Of a stretch of 64,000 nucleotides of DNA, positions 44,838 to 55,541 are shown piece after piece. The first letter of the stretch is position 1; each line of letters starts with the position of its first letter. The DNA lies in assembly GCF_055900595.2 (NCBI RefSeq), contig NZ_CM148325.1; one strand, written 5' to 3'. The notes below the pieces were generated by a model. The model was given only the letters and a program-made list of their open reading frames with translations. It made no database searches and was not told the origin of the DNA. Both the position numbers and the translations under genes were made by a program.

Positions 44838-46237
44838 ACACTCGCCAGCTACTGAGCGTCGGTATCGATATCGGCACTACCACCACCCAGGTGATCTTCT
44901 CCCACCTGGAGCTGGTTAACCGTGCGGCGGTGTCGCAGGTGCCGCGCTACGAATTCATCAAACGCGAAATTAGCTGGCAAAGCCCGGTGTTCTTTACCCC
45001 TGTCGATAAACTGGGCGGTTTAAAAGAAGCGGAACTGAAAACCTTAATCCTCGAGCAATATCAGGCTGCGGGCATTGCGCCGGAAAGCGTTGATTCTGGT
45101 GCCATCATCATCACCGGTGAAAGCGCGAAAACCCGCAATGCTCGCCCGGCGGTGATGACGCTCTCCCAGTCGCTTGGCGATTTTGTCGTCGCCAGCGCCG
45201 GGCCGCATCTCGAATCCGTGATCGCCGGTCACGGTGCCGGGGCGCAAACCCTTTCTGAACAACGGCTGTGTCGGGTACTGAATATCGATATTGGCGGTGG
45301 CACCGCGAACTACGCTTTGTTCGATGCCGGAAAAATCAGCGGCACCGCTTGCCTCAACGTCGGCGGTCGCCTGCTGGAAACCGACAGCCAGGGGCGCGTG
45401 GTTTACGCTCATAAACCGGGGCAGATGATAGTGGATGAGTGCTTCGGTGCAGGCACTGACGCCCGTTCGCTGACTGGCGCGCAGCTGGTGCAGGTTACCC
45501 GGCGGATGGCGGAACTGATTGTCGAAGTGATTGACGGAACGCTCTCGCCGCTCGCGCAGGCATTGATGCAAACCGGTTTGCTGCCCGCAGGTGTTACGCC
45601 AGAAATCATTACGCTTTCTGGCGGCGTGGGCGAATGTTATCGCCACCAGCCCGCTGACCCGTTCTGTTTTGCCGATATTGGCCCGCTTCTGGCAACGGCG
45701 CTGCATGACCATCCGCGCCTGCGTGAGATGAACGTGCAGTTTCCGGCGCAAACCGTACGCGCCACGGTGATTGGCGCGGGCGCACATACCCTTTCGCTCT
45801 CTGGCAGCACAATCTGGCTGGAGGGGGTACAACTGCCGCTGCGCAATTTGCCGGTGGCGATCCCAATTGATGAAACGGATCTGGTGAGTGCCTGGCAACA
45901 AGCGCTAATTCAGCTGGATCTTTGCCCCAAAACTGACGCGTACGTGCTGGCGCTTCCCGCCTCGCTGCCTGTGCGTTACGCCGCGGTACTGACGGTCATC
46001 AACGCGCTGGTCGATTTCGTCGCGCGTTTTCCGAATCCGCATCCCCTGCTGGTGGTGGCCGGGCAGGATTTTGGTAAAGCTCTGGGCATGTTGTTGCGCC
46101 CACAGCTACAACAACTCCCGTTGGCAGTCATTGACGAAGTGATTGTCCGCGCGGGGGACTATATCGACATTGGTACGCCTCTTTTTGGCGGATCGGTTGT
46201 GCCGGTGACGGTGAAATCACTCGCATTTCCTTCCTGA
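44834..46237 (+). CDS. eutA: Ethanolamine ammonia-lyase reactivating factor
   Basis: 467 aa; 4-nt overlap with eutH. Confidence 0.93.
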   Translation: MNTRQLLSVGIDIGTTTTQVIFSHLELVNRAAVSQVPRYEFIKREISWQSPVFFTPVDKLGGLKEAELKTLILEQYQAAGIAPESVDSGAIIITGESAKTRNARPAVMTLSQSLGDFVVASAGPHLESVIAGHGAGAQTLSEQRLCRVLNIDIGGGTANYALFDAGKISGTACLNVGGRLLETDSQGRVVYAHKPGQMIVDECFGAGTDARSLTGAQLVQVTRRMAELIVEVIDGTLSPLAQALMQTGLLPAGVTPEIITLSGGVGECYRHQPADPFCFADIGPLLATALHDHPRLREMNVQFPAQTVRATVIGAGAHTLSLSGSTIWLEGVQLPLRNLPVAIPIDETDLVSAWQQALIQLDLCPKTDAYVLALPASLPVRYAAVLTVINALVDFVARFPNPHPLLVVAGQDFGKALGMLLRPQLQQLPLAVIDEVIVRAGDYIDIGTPLFGGSVVPVTVKSLAFPS

Positions 46238-46248
46238 GGGAACGACTT

Positions 46249-47610
46249 ATGAAACTAAAGACCACATTGTTCGGCAATGTATATCAGTTTAAGGATGTAA
46301 AAGAGGTGCTGGCTAAAGCCAACGAACTGCGTTCGGGGGATGTGCTGGCGGGCGTTGCAGCGGCAAGTTCACAGGAGCGCGTGGCGGCAAAGCAGGTGTT
46401 GTCGGAAATGACCGTAGCGGACATCCGCAATAATCCGGTGATTGCCTATGAAGATGACTGCGTGACGCGGCTGATTCAGGACGACGTTAACGAAACGGCC
46501 TACAACCAGATTAAAAACTGGAGCATCAGCGAACTGCGTGAGTATGTGCTGAGTGATGAAACCAGCGTGGACGACATTGCCTTTACCCGCAAAGGGCTGA
46601 CCTCGGAAGTGGTCGCGGCGGTAGCGAAGATTTGCTCCAACGCGGACCTGATCTACGGCGCGAAGAAAATGCCGATTATCAAAAAGGCCAATACTACCAT
46701 CGGTATTCCGGGCACCTTTAGCGCCCGTTTGCAGCCGAACGATACCCGTGACGACGTGCAGAGTATCGCCGCGCAAATCTACGAAGGGCTTTCCTTCGGG
46801 GTAGGCGATGCGGTGATCGGCGTTAACCCGGTGACTGACGACGTGGAAAACTTAAGCCGCGTGCTGGATACCATCTATGGCGTGATCGACAAATTCAACA
46901 TTCCGACCCAGGGCTGCGTGCTGGCGCACGTTACTACCCAGATTGAAGCGATCCGTCGCGGCGCGCCGGGCGGGCTGATTTTCCAGAGCATCTGCGGCAG
47001 CGAAAAAGGGCTGAAAGAATTTGGCGTGGAGCTGGCGATGCTCGATGAAGCACGCGCAGTGGGCGCAGAGTTTAACCGTATCGCCGGGGAAAACTGCCTC
47101 TACTTCGAAACCGGGCAAGGTTCTGCGCTATCGGCGGGCGCTAACTTCGGCGCAGATCAGGTAACGATGGAAGCGCGTAACTACGGGCTGGCACGTCATT
47201 ACGATCCGTTTATCGTCAACACCGTAGTGGGCTTTATTGGGCCAGAGTATCTCTACAACGACCGGCAGATTATCCGTGCGGGCTTAGAAGATCACTTTAT
47301 GGGCAAACTGAGCGGCATTTCTATGGGCTGTGACTGCTGCTACACCAACCACGCTGACGCTGACCAGAACCTCAACGAAAACCTGATGATCCTGCTCGCC
47401 ACCGCAGGCTGCAACTACATCATGGGGATGCCGCTGGGTGATGACATCATGCTCAACTACCAGACCACCGCATTCCACGATACCGCCACTGTGCGTCAGT
47501 TACTCAACCTGCGCCCGTCACCGGAGTTTGAACGCTGGCTGGAAAGCATGGGCATTATGGCAAACGGTCGCCTGACCAAACGGGCGGGCGATCCGTCACT
47601 GTTCTTCTGA
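46249..47610 (+). CDS. eutB: Ethanolamine ammonia-lyase large (heavy) subunit
   Basis: 453 aa MKLKTTLFGNVYQFKDVKEVLAKANELRSGD...; directly follows eutA after an 11-nt spacer. Confidence 0.95.
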   Translation: MKLKTTLFGNVYQFKDVKEVLAKANELRSGDVLAGVAAASSQERVAAKQVLSEMTVADIRNNPVIAYEDDCVTRLIQDDVNETAYNQIKNWSISELREYVLSDETSVDDIAFTRKGLTSEVVAAVAKICSNADLIYGAKKMPIIKKANTTIGIPGTFSARLQPNDTRDDVQSIAAQIYEGLSFGVGDAVIGVNPVTDDVENLSRVLDTIYGVIDKFNIPTQGCVLAHVTTQIEAIRRGAPGGLIFQSICGSEKGLKEFGVELAMLDEARAVGAEFNRIAGENCLYFETGQGSALSAGANFGADQVTMEARNYGLARHYDPFIVNTVVGFIGPEYLYNDRQIIRAGLEDHFMGKLSGISMGCDCCYTNHADADQNLNENLMILLATAGCNYIMGMPLGDDIMLNYQTTAFHDTATVRQLLNLRPSPEFERWLESMGIMANGRLTKRAGDPSLFF

Positions 47611-47630
47611 TGACGCGGAGATAACACATC

Positions 47631-48518
47631 ATGGATCAAAAACAGATTGAAGAAATTGTACGCAGCGTGATGGCGTCAATGGGACAAGCGGCCCCCGCGC
47701 CGTCAGAAGCAAAATGCGCCACTACCACCTGTGCAGCACCGATGACCTCGGAAAGCTGCGCGCTGGATTTAGGTTCCGCAGAAGCAAAAGCGTGGATTGG
47801 CGTTGAAAACCCACATCGCGCAGACGTATTAACTGAACTGCGCCGCAGCACCGTGGCTCGCGTCTGTACCGGTCGTGCCGGTCCGCGTCCGCGTACCCAG
47901 GCGTTGCTGCGTTTCCTGGCCGATCACTCTCGTTCGAAAGACACCGTACTGAAAGAAGTGCCGGAAGAGTGGGTGAAAGCGCAGGGCTTGCTGGAGGTCC
48001 GCTCTGAAATTAGCGACAAAAATCTCTATCTGACTCGCCCGGATATGGGCCGCCGCTTGTGTGCAGAGGCTGTTGAAGCGCTGAAAGCGCAGTGTGTTGC
48101 CAATCCGGACGTACAGGTCGTTATTTCTGATGGCCTGTCAACTGATGCGATCACCGTGAACTACGAAGAGATCCTGCCACCGCTGATGGCGGGCCTGAAA
48201 CAGGCCGGGTTGAAAGTCGGCACACCGTTCTTTGTGCGTTACGGTCGCGTGAAGATTGAAGATCAGATTGGCGAACTTCTTGGCGCGAAAGTGGTGATCC
48301 TGCTGGTGGGGGAACGCCCAGGATTAGGGCAGTCAGAAAGCCTCTCCTGCTACGCCGTTTACTCGCCGCGTATGGCAACCACCGTTGAGGCCGATCGCAC
48401 CTGTATCTCTAACATTCACCAGGGCGGCACGCCGCCGGTTGAAGCCGCAGCCGTCATTGTGGATTTGGCGAAACGTATGCTGGAGCAGAAAGCATCCGGC
48501 ATCAACATGACCCGATAA
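47631..48518 (+). CDS. eutC: Ethanolamine ammonia-lyase small (light) subunit
   Basis: 295 aa. Confidence 0.94.
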   Translation: MDQKQIEEIVRSVMASMGQAAPAPSEAKCATTTCAAPMTSESCALDLGSAEAKAWIGVENPHRADVLTELRRSTVARVCTGRAGPRPRTQALLRFLADHSRSKDTVLKEVPEEWVKAQGLLEVRSEISDKNLYLTRPDMGRRLCAEAVEALKAQCVANPDVQVVISDGLSTDAITVNYEEILPPLMAGLKQAGLKVGTPFFVRYGRVKIEDQIGELLGAKVVILLVGERPGLGQSESLSCYAVYSPRMATTVEADRTCISNIHQGGTPPVEAAAVIVDLAKRMLEQKASGINMTR

Positions 48519-48527
48519 GGAGGCATC

Positions 48528-49187
48528 ATGCCAGCTTTAGATTTGATTCGACCGTCGGTAACCGCCATGCGGGTGATTGCCTCTGTCAACGCCGAATTTG
48601 CGCGTGAACTGAAATTGCCGCCGCATATTCGTAGCCTCGGGCTGATTTCTGCTGATTCCGATGACGTCACCTACATTGCGGCTGACGAAGCGACCAAGCA
48701 GGCGATGGTTGAAGTCGTGTATGGTCGCTCGCTGTATGCGGGAGCTGCACACGGGCCGTCACCGACTGCCGGTGAGGTGCTGATTATGCTTGGTGGGCCA
48801 AACCCGGCGGAAGTGCGTGCTGGTCTGGATGCGATGGTTGCGCATATTGAAAATGGCGCTGCTTTCCAGTGGGCTAATGATGCAGAAAACACAGCCTTCC
48901 TGGCGCATGTCGTTTCGCGTACCGGCTCTTATCTCTCATCAACCGCCGGGATCACGCTTGGCGATCCGCTGGCGTATCTGGTGGCACCGCCGCTGGAAGC
49001 GACCTACGGCATTGATGCAGCGTTGAAATCTGCCGACGTGCAGCTGGTGACCTATGTCCCGCCACCGTCTGAAACCAACTACTCGGCAGCATTTTTAACC
49101 GGTAGCCAGGCCGCGTGTAAAGCAGCCTGTAACGCCTTTACCGATGCAGTGCTGGAAATCGCGCGTAATCCAATCCAGCGTGCGTAA
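48528..49187 (+). CDS. eutL: Ethanolamine microcompartment shell protein (tandem BMC domains)
   Basis: 219 aa. Confidence 0.93.
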   Translation: MPALDLIRPSVTAMRVIASVNAEFARELKLPPHIRSLGLISADSDDVTYIAADEATKQAMVEVVYGRSLYAGAAHGPSPTAGEVLIMLGGPNPAEVRAGLDAMVAHIENGAAFQWANDAENTAFLAHVVSRTGSYLSSTAGITLGDPLAYLVAPPLEATYGIDAALKSADVQLVTYVPPPSETNYSAAFLTGSQAACKAACNAFTDAVLEIARNPIQRA

Positions 49188-49199
49188 CGGAGGTTGCCG

Positions 49200-49700
49200 A
49201 TGATCAATGCACTGGGATTGCTGGAAGTGGACGGCATGGTCGCCGCGATAGATGCAGCTGATGCCATGCTCAAAGCAGCTAACGTTCGTCTGCTCAGTCA
49301 CGAAGTGCTTGACCCTGGTCGCCTAACGCTGGTGGTGGAAGGCGATCTGGCGGCGTGTCGTGCGGCGCTGGACGCAGGTTGTGCTGCCGCGATGCGTACC
49401 GGGCGTGTCATCAGCCGTAAGGAGATCGGTCGGCCAGACGATGACACCCAGTGGCTGGTTACTGGCTTTAACCGCCAGCCGAAGCAACCCGTAAAGGAAC
49501 CCGACGCGCCAGTTATCGTCGCGGAATCTGCTGACGAGTTGTTGGCGCTGTTAACATCAGTACGTCAGGGAATGACGGCAGGAGAAGTGGCTGCCCACTT
49601 TGGCTGGCCGCTGGAAAAAGCCAGAAATGCGCTCGAACAGCTCTTTTCTGCCGGGACGTTACGTAAACGCAGTAGTCGTTATCGTCTCAAGCCCCATTAA
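49200..49700 (+). CDS. eutK: Ethanolamine microcompartment shell protein with C-terminal nucleic-acid-binding-like domain
   Basis: 166 aa from MINALGLLEVDGMVAAIDAADAMLKAANV... Confidence 0.9.
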   Translation: MINALGLLEVDGMVAAIDAADAMLKAANVRLLSHEVLDPGRLTLVVEGDLAACRAALDAGCAAAMRTGRVISRKEIGRPDDDTQWLVTGFNRQPKQPVKEPDAPVIVAESADELLALLTSVRQGMTAGEVAAHFGWPLEKARNALEQLFSAGTLRKRSSRYRLKPH

Positions 49701-49745
49701 CCTGTCGGAGGTGCCGGGTGTCCTACAACACCCGGCATTAACATC

Positions 49746-50798
49746 ATGAAAAAGACCCGTACAGCTAATTTGCACCATCTTTATCATGAACCCTTACCCG
49801 AAAACCTGAAGCTAACGCCGAAGGTCGAAGTGGATAATGTTCATCAACGGCAAACAACGGATGTCTATGAACATGCTTTGACGATTACCGCCTGGCAGCA
49901 GATTTACGATCAGCTGCATCCGGGCAAATTTCATGGTGAATTTACGGAAATTCTGCTCGATGATATTCAGGTTTTCCGTGAATACACGGGGCTGGCGCTG
50001 CGTCAGTCGTGCCTGGTCTGGCCGAATTCGTTCTGGTTTGGCATTCCGGCGACGCGCGGTGAGCAGGGATTTATCGGTTCGCAATGTCTGGGAAGCGCAG
50101 AAATAGCGACGCGCCCTGGTGGAACCGAGTTTGAATTAAGTACGCCGGACGATTACACGATCCTTGGCGTGGTGCTTTCTGAAGATGTCATCACCCGGCA
50201 GGCTAACTTTTTGCATAACCCGGAAAGGGTGCTGCATATGTTACGTAACCAGTCGGCGCTGGAAGTGAAAGAGCAGCATAAAGCCGCGCTGTGGGGCTTT
50301 GTCCAACAGGCTCTGGCGACATTTTGCGAGAACCCGGAAAATCTCCATCAGCCTGCAGTGCGAAAAGTGCTGGGGGATAATTTGCTAATGGCGATGGGGG
50401 CGATGCTGGAAGAAGCGCAGCCAATGGTGACGGTGGAAAGCATCAGTCATCAGAGTTACCGTCGGTTGCTTTCCCGCGCCCGTGAATATGTGCTGGAAAA
50501 CATGTCCGAACCGGTGACGGTGCTGGACTTGTGTAATCAACTGCACGTCAGTCGCCGCACCTTGCAAAACGCATTTCACGCTATTTTGGGCATTGGCCCG
50601 AATGCGTGGCTGAAACGCATTCGCCTGAACGCCGTGCGCCGTGAACTGATTAGCCCGTGGTCGCAAAGTATGACGGTAAAAGACGCCGCCATGCAGTGGG
50701 GATTCTGGCATCTTGGGCAGTTTGCCACGGATTATCAGCAATTGTTTGCAGAAAAGCCTTCACTGACGCTGCATCAGCGGATGCAGGAACTGGAGTGA
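49746..50798 (+). CDS. eutR: AraC-family transcriptional activator of the eut operon
   Basis: 350 aa with a C-terminal AraC-type HTH. Confidence 0.93.
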   Translation: MKKTRTANLHHLYHEPLPENLKLTPKVEVDNVHQRQTTDVYEHALTITAWQQIYDQLHPGKFHGEFTEILLDDIQVFREYTGLALRQSCLVWPNSFWFGIPATRGEQGFIGSQCLGSAEIATRPGGTEFELSTPDDYTILGVVLSEDVITRQANFLHNPERVLHMLRNQSALEVKEQHKAALWGFVQQALATFCENPENLHQPAVRKVLGDNLLMAMGAMLEEAQPMVTVESISHQSYRRLLSRAREYVLENMSEPVTVLDLCNQLHVSRRTLQNAFHAILGIGPNAWLKRIRLNAVRRELISPWSQSMTVKDAAMQWGFWHLGQFATDYQQLFAEKPSLTLHQRMQELE

Positions 50799-50874
50799 GG
50801 GTGAGGGCCGGATGAGGATGGTGTTTGATCCGGTCCATAGTGAAGTTACAAATTACGTTGAATTGCTATGTATT

Positions 50875-51192
50875 TTATTGCCCAACGGGATAGGCGATAA
50901 ACAAACCGACAATTGTCAAAATACACGCCAGCAGGAATACCAACATACAATTTACGCGCTTTCGCGAAATTTTAAATAAATAGCAAAATAGTGTTGTTAC
51001 CACGATCACTACCGGGATAGTCATAAAATTAATAACGATGAGTGCTATCAATCCAAAACTTGCTCCTCCACCGTGGGGAATAAAAATGTGTTCTTCAAAA
51101 TAAACTTCTATAGCAAATGCCAGCACACATCCCAGAAAACTCATATCCAGATGAGGGTGCCATTTACTTTCTTTATGTGATGTGTCTGACAT
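50875..51192 (-). CDS. Hypothetical small membrane protein (105 aa, about 3 predicted TM helices)
   Basis: ATG preceded by a GGGAG SD; hydrophobic segments FLGCVLAFAIEVYF, FGLIALIVINFMTIPVVIVVTTLFCYLF, CMLVFLLACILTIVGLFIAYPV; 40 nt downstream of and co-oriented with the 420-aa gene. Confidence 0.6.
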   Translation of the reverse strand: MSDTSHKESKWHPHLDMSFLGCVLAFAIEVYFEEHIFIPHGGGASFGLIALIVINFMTIPVVIVVTTLFCYLFKISRKRVNCMLVFLLACILTIVGLFIAYPVGQ

Positions 51193-51232
51193 TCTTAAAT
51201 GCTCCCGTGAGCAAACTGGCGCAAAATAATTT

Positions 51233-52495
51233 CTAAGATTGCTGATAAGACGTCGCTGTTGTCCGGCACTCCGGGCAGATAAACGCGTAAATTATCCCTT
51301 CGCCGTATTGTTCAATATCGGCATAATCCAGTTGCGCAAGAAACATCATTGTGTGGGAACATTGCGGACAGAGAGGATATTCCGCGTCCTGAATCCAGGT
51401 TGGATGCCCGCCAAGTTGCGAGAAAGAGACAGGTAAAAATGGGTCTGCGGCAAATAACGGTGACCTAAGGTTTCCCTGTCTCATGCTGTTTACAGGGAGT
51501 CGACGCCATTCCGATACATCATCCGGCAGCCAGGCAGGCGGGATATTTTTTGCAGACAAATGAGCGTTACCCTTTGAGTCCATGTAGCCGAAAATGGTGC
51601 TGTAGGCGGTGCAACATTCGCAAGTCACGACGCGAAAACTGCCGTTATCGCTAAGACCCGTTGCCTTCAGGTCAACGTCGAAAAGATTTGTTAGTGGCAA
51701 TGCGCAATTTGGACAGGTATCGTTGCGTTCATCAACAACACGCAAAGCTTCGCAAGACCCGGTGCTTTTCATCTCCAGATGAAAACATTGAGGAAAATAG
51801 AGATTACGCCTTTGATCTTCAGCGGTTAACTCCCAACCGGCCTCATGCGCATATTCTTCAGGCTCGATGTAAAGGGAGCTGCGCCACGGCGGTGGGCTAT
51901 TGCGCCAGTGGGCAAAACGTTCAACGACAACGTCATCCCCAATCCATGCCAGACATTGCAGAATACAATTTCTGTTTTCTGCATCATCCTCAACCCGTTC
52001 TAACAGCCTGTCGCGTACATCTGTGGGGGCGCGGTGGAAAGGCATATAAGAATCATTGTCCAAATCATCGTAAGAGATCCATTCTCTGAAATAGGCATTC
52101 AGATTCGCCTGGGTAAATGCCGCCAGACAAAGGCAAATCTCCTGAGCGAGCTTATATTCACCAGATGCAAAGCGTTCTGTGGCGTAATCAGCCATCAGCT
52201 GCGCTTGATCGGTGGTCAGTTGTTGATACAGGGCATCTGTGGGAACGGGGCAGGGAGTCCAGTCGATTAACGCATCGAATTTCCGCGGTTGGTGAATTAA
52301 TTTCAGCATGACAACCGGATCGCTTAACCCTGCAAACGCATTCACGATCTTTTTGTTTTTCTTGATATATTCGTCGTGCTCACGTTGCTGTTGGGCCTGC
52401 TCGCAGGGCATGCAGTATCCGTTAGTACGCGCTGCGGTTTCCGGAAGAATGGTTGATATACAAGCGGGGCTTTTACAGGGAATACGGTGAGTCAT
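51233..52495 (-). CDS. Hypothetical cysteine-rich protein (420 aa) with zinc-ribbon motifs and a DUF1963/YwqG-like C-terminal region
   Basis: ATG with an AAGGAG SD 8 nt upstream; N-terminal C-x4-C...C-x2-C (CKSPAC...CMPC), internal CPNC...CECC, and C-terminal GGHPTWIQDAEYPLCPQCSHTMMFLAQLDYADIEQYGEGIIYAFICPEC. Family assignment is from memory, not a search. Confidence 0.7.
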   Translation of the reverse strand: MTHRIPCKSPACISTILPETAARTNGYCMPCEQAQQQREHDEYIKKNKKIVNAFAGLSDPVVMLKLIHQPRKFDALIDWTPCPVPTDALYQQLTTDQAQLMADYATERFASGEYKLAQEICLCLAAFTQANLNAYFREWISYDDLDNDSYMPFHRAPTDVRDRLLERVEDDAENRNCILQCLAWIGDDVVVERFAHWRNSPPPWRSSLYIEPEEYAHEAGWELTAEDQRRNLYFPQCFHLEMKSTGSCEALRVVDERNDTCPNCALPLTNLFDVDLKATGLSDNGSFRVVTCECCTAYSTIFGYMDSKGNAHLSAKNIPPAWLPDDVSEWRRLPVNSMRQGNLRSPLFAADPFLPVSFSQLGGHPTWIQDAEYPLCPQCSHTMMFLAQLDYADIEQYGEGIIYAFICPECRTTATSYQQS

Positions 52496-52633
52496 AGAGG
52501 CGCTCCTTGCCTGAGGATATTAAGTCGAAAGAGATTATTATTAGATATTAGGGTGTCACTATGGCACACAAATTAAAACAGCATTAATTTTATGCCACCA
52601 ACCGAGGGTTATTTTTCTTTTATTTTCATGATA

Positions 52634-53536
<903 letters not shown>

Positions 53537-54406
53537 TTACCGCTTTCTCGAGTGTGCTTTCTGGTTGTCAAACCAGTGGAAATAACTGATCACGCCTTCG
53601 GCAATGGCTGTGGCGATTTTCTGGCGAAATGCCGCCGTGCCTAACAGCCGCTCTTCTTCCGGGTTGGTGATAAAAGAAGTTTCCACCAGCACCGAAGGAA
53701 CAGATGGCGATTTCAACACTACAAACGCGGCTTGTTCGGTATTGCGGCTGTGCAGCTTATGCACCGGCTTAATCTTCTTCAGAATATGTGAGCCGAGCGT
53801 CAGGCTGTTTTTAATAGTATCGGTTTGTACCAGATCAAACAGCACTTGTTGCAATAGGTGATCCTTGTCAGTCGCTTTTTTACCGGCAACTTCATCAGCG
53901 CGGTTTTCGCGTTCAGACAGGTATTTCGCCATTGCGCTACTTGCCCCACGGTTAGAGAGAGCAAATACCGAAGCACCGGCAGCTTTCGGGTTGGTAAAGC
54001 CATCGGCATGAATTGACATAAACAGATCTGCGCCATGTTTATGGGCGATTTCAACGCGATCGTAAAGTGGGATAAACGTATCGCCAGAACGCGTTAAACG
54101 CGCATCAATGCCATGATTACGCAAAATGGAACGGACGTTTTTGGCAATTGCCAGCACCACATGTTTTTCTTTCGAACCGTTGCGACCAATCGCCCCGGTA
54201 TCAATCCCGCCGTGGCCTGGATCGAGAACAACGACACGTTTGCCGCCGTTTTTTTTTGCTTTCGGCTTGCTGTGTCCGTTGCTGGTTTTTAAAGGTTCTT
54301 CTTTGGCGATGGCTTGCGACATTCCTGACAACGTCAGGGCAGCCAATCCGGCTTTCAGCACCTGGCGGCGCGAAGTGAGTGTTTTTAGTGGTTTAAAAGT
54401 GCTCAT
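53537..54406 (-). CDS. amiA: N-acetylmuramoyl-L-alanine amidase A
   Basis: 289 aa with a Tat signal (TSRRQVLKAGLAAL) and Amidase_3 domain. Confidence 0.94.
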   Translation of the reverse strand: MSTFKPLKTLTSRRQVLKAGLAALTLSGMSQAIAKEEPLKTSNGHSKPKAKKNGGKRVVVLDPGHGGIDTGAIGRNGSKEKHVVLAIAKNVRSILRNHGIDARLTRSGDTFIPLYDRVEIAHKHGADLFMSIHADGFTNPKAAGASVFALSNRGASSAMAKYLSERENRADEVAGKKATDKDHLLQQVLFDLVQTDTIKNSLTLGSHILKKIKPVHKLHSRNTEQAAFVVLKSPSVPSVLVETSFITNPEEERLLGTAAFRQKIATAIAEGVISYFHWFDNQKAHSRKR

Positions 54407-54619
54407 ACGGCCTGAGTTGTAATAATAAAGTTCCAGATGTTATATCGTATCGCGTAATCCGTTACGACCGTTTGCTGTTGAGAATTGTTTTACTTTTCAT
54501 TTCAATAGTTGACAACTCCCCATTATGCCACTTTTTCAACCGATTTTCGTCAGATATTGGCTAATTCGACCGTTCACGCCATAATCAGCCTTTTAACCCG
54601 CAAAAAGGTAACGAATACC

Positions 54620-55045
54620 ATGGAGATACGCGTATTTCGCCAGGAAGATTTCGAAGAGGTCATCACCCTTTGGGAGCGTTGCGACTTGCTGCGTCCGTGG
54701 AACGATCCGGAAATGGACATCGAGCGTAAGATGAACCATGACGTCAGTTTGTTTCTGGTCGCTGAGGTAAACGGTGAAGTGGTCGGAACGGTGATGGGCG
54801 GTTATGACGGGCATCGCGGGTCTGCTTATTATCTTGGCGTGCATCCAGAGTTTCGTGGGCGTGGGATTGCTAATGCGTTGCTTAATCGGTTGGAGAAAAA
54901 GCTGATTGCTCGCGGCTGCCCGAAAATTCAGATCAACGTGCCGGAAGATAACGACATGGTGCTCGGAATGTATGAACGCCTGGGATATGAACACGCCGAC
55001 GTGCTGAGTCTGGGTAAGCGTTTGATTGAAGATGAAGAGTACTGA
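54620..55045 (+). CDS. ypeA: GNAT-family N-acetyltransferase
   Basis: 141 aa from [21 protein letters not shown]...; ORF 54509.. trimmed. Confidence 0.9.
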
Positions 55046-55481
55046 GTTTCATCCTGTCCATTATGATGCGCACGGTCGCCTGCGTTTACCCTTGCTCTTC
55101 TGGCTTGTGCTATTGCTTCAGGCGCGAACCTGGGTGCTGTTTGTCATTGCCGGTGCGTCGCGCGAGCAGGGTACTGCGCTGCTAAATCTGTTTTATCCCG
55201 ATCACGATAATTTCTGGCTGGGGTTGATTCCCGGTATTCCGGCGGTGCTGGCGTTTTTGTTGAGTGGTCGGCGGGCTTCATTTCCCCGTATCTGGCATGT
55301 GCTCTATTTTCTGTTGCTGTTGGCGCAGGTGGTTTTACTTTGCTGGCAACCGTGGCTGTGGCTGAACGGTGAATCCGTTAGCGGTATCGGTCTGGCGCTG
55401 GTGGTGGCGGATATTGTGGTGTTAATCTGGCTGCTGACCAATCGACGTTTACGCGCTTGTTTTAATGAAGAAAAAGAATAA
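55032..55481 (+). CDS. yfeZ: Inner membrane protein YfeZ
   Basis: 149-aa hydrophobic protein ([29 protein letters not shown]...); overlaps the ypeA 3' end. Confidence 0.85.
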
Positions 55482-55541
55482 CGGCACTTTTTGGTGAATT
55501 TGCACTCCAAGCAACGTTATTGAATAACCAAAGGAAGTGAC

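Larger units (their letters stand above)
50799..52633. other. Accessory islet between eutR and hemF carrying two uncharacterised genes
   Basis: In the K-12 order recalled from memory eutR and hemF are adjacent; here about 1.8 kb with two extra ORFs intervenes. The small-ORF part is visibly AT-richer than flanking core genes. Confidence 0.55.

Noticed and set aside
45044-45901. 285-aa minus-strand ORF inside eutA
   Set aside because: Antisense shadow of eutA; Arg-rich, no motifs, breaks operon logic.
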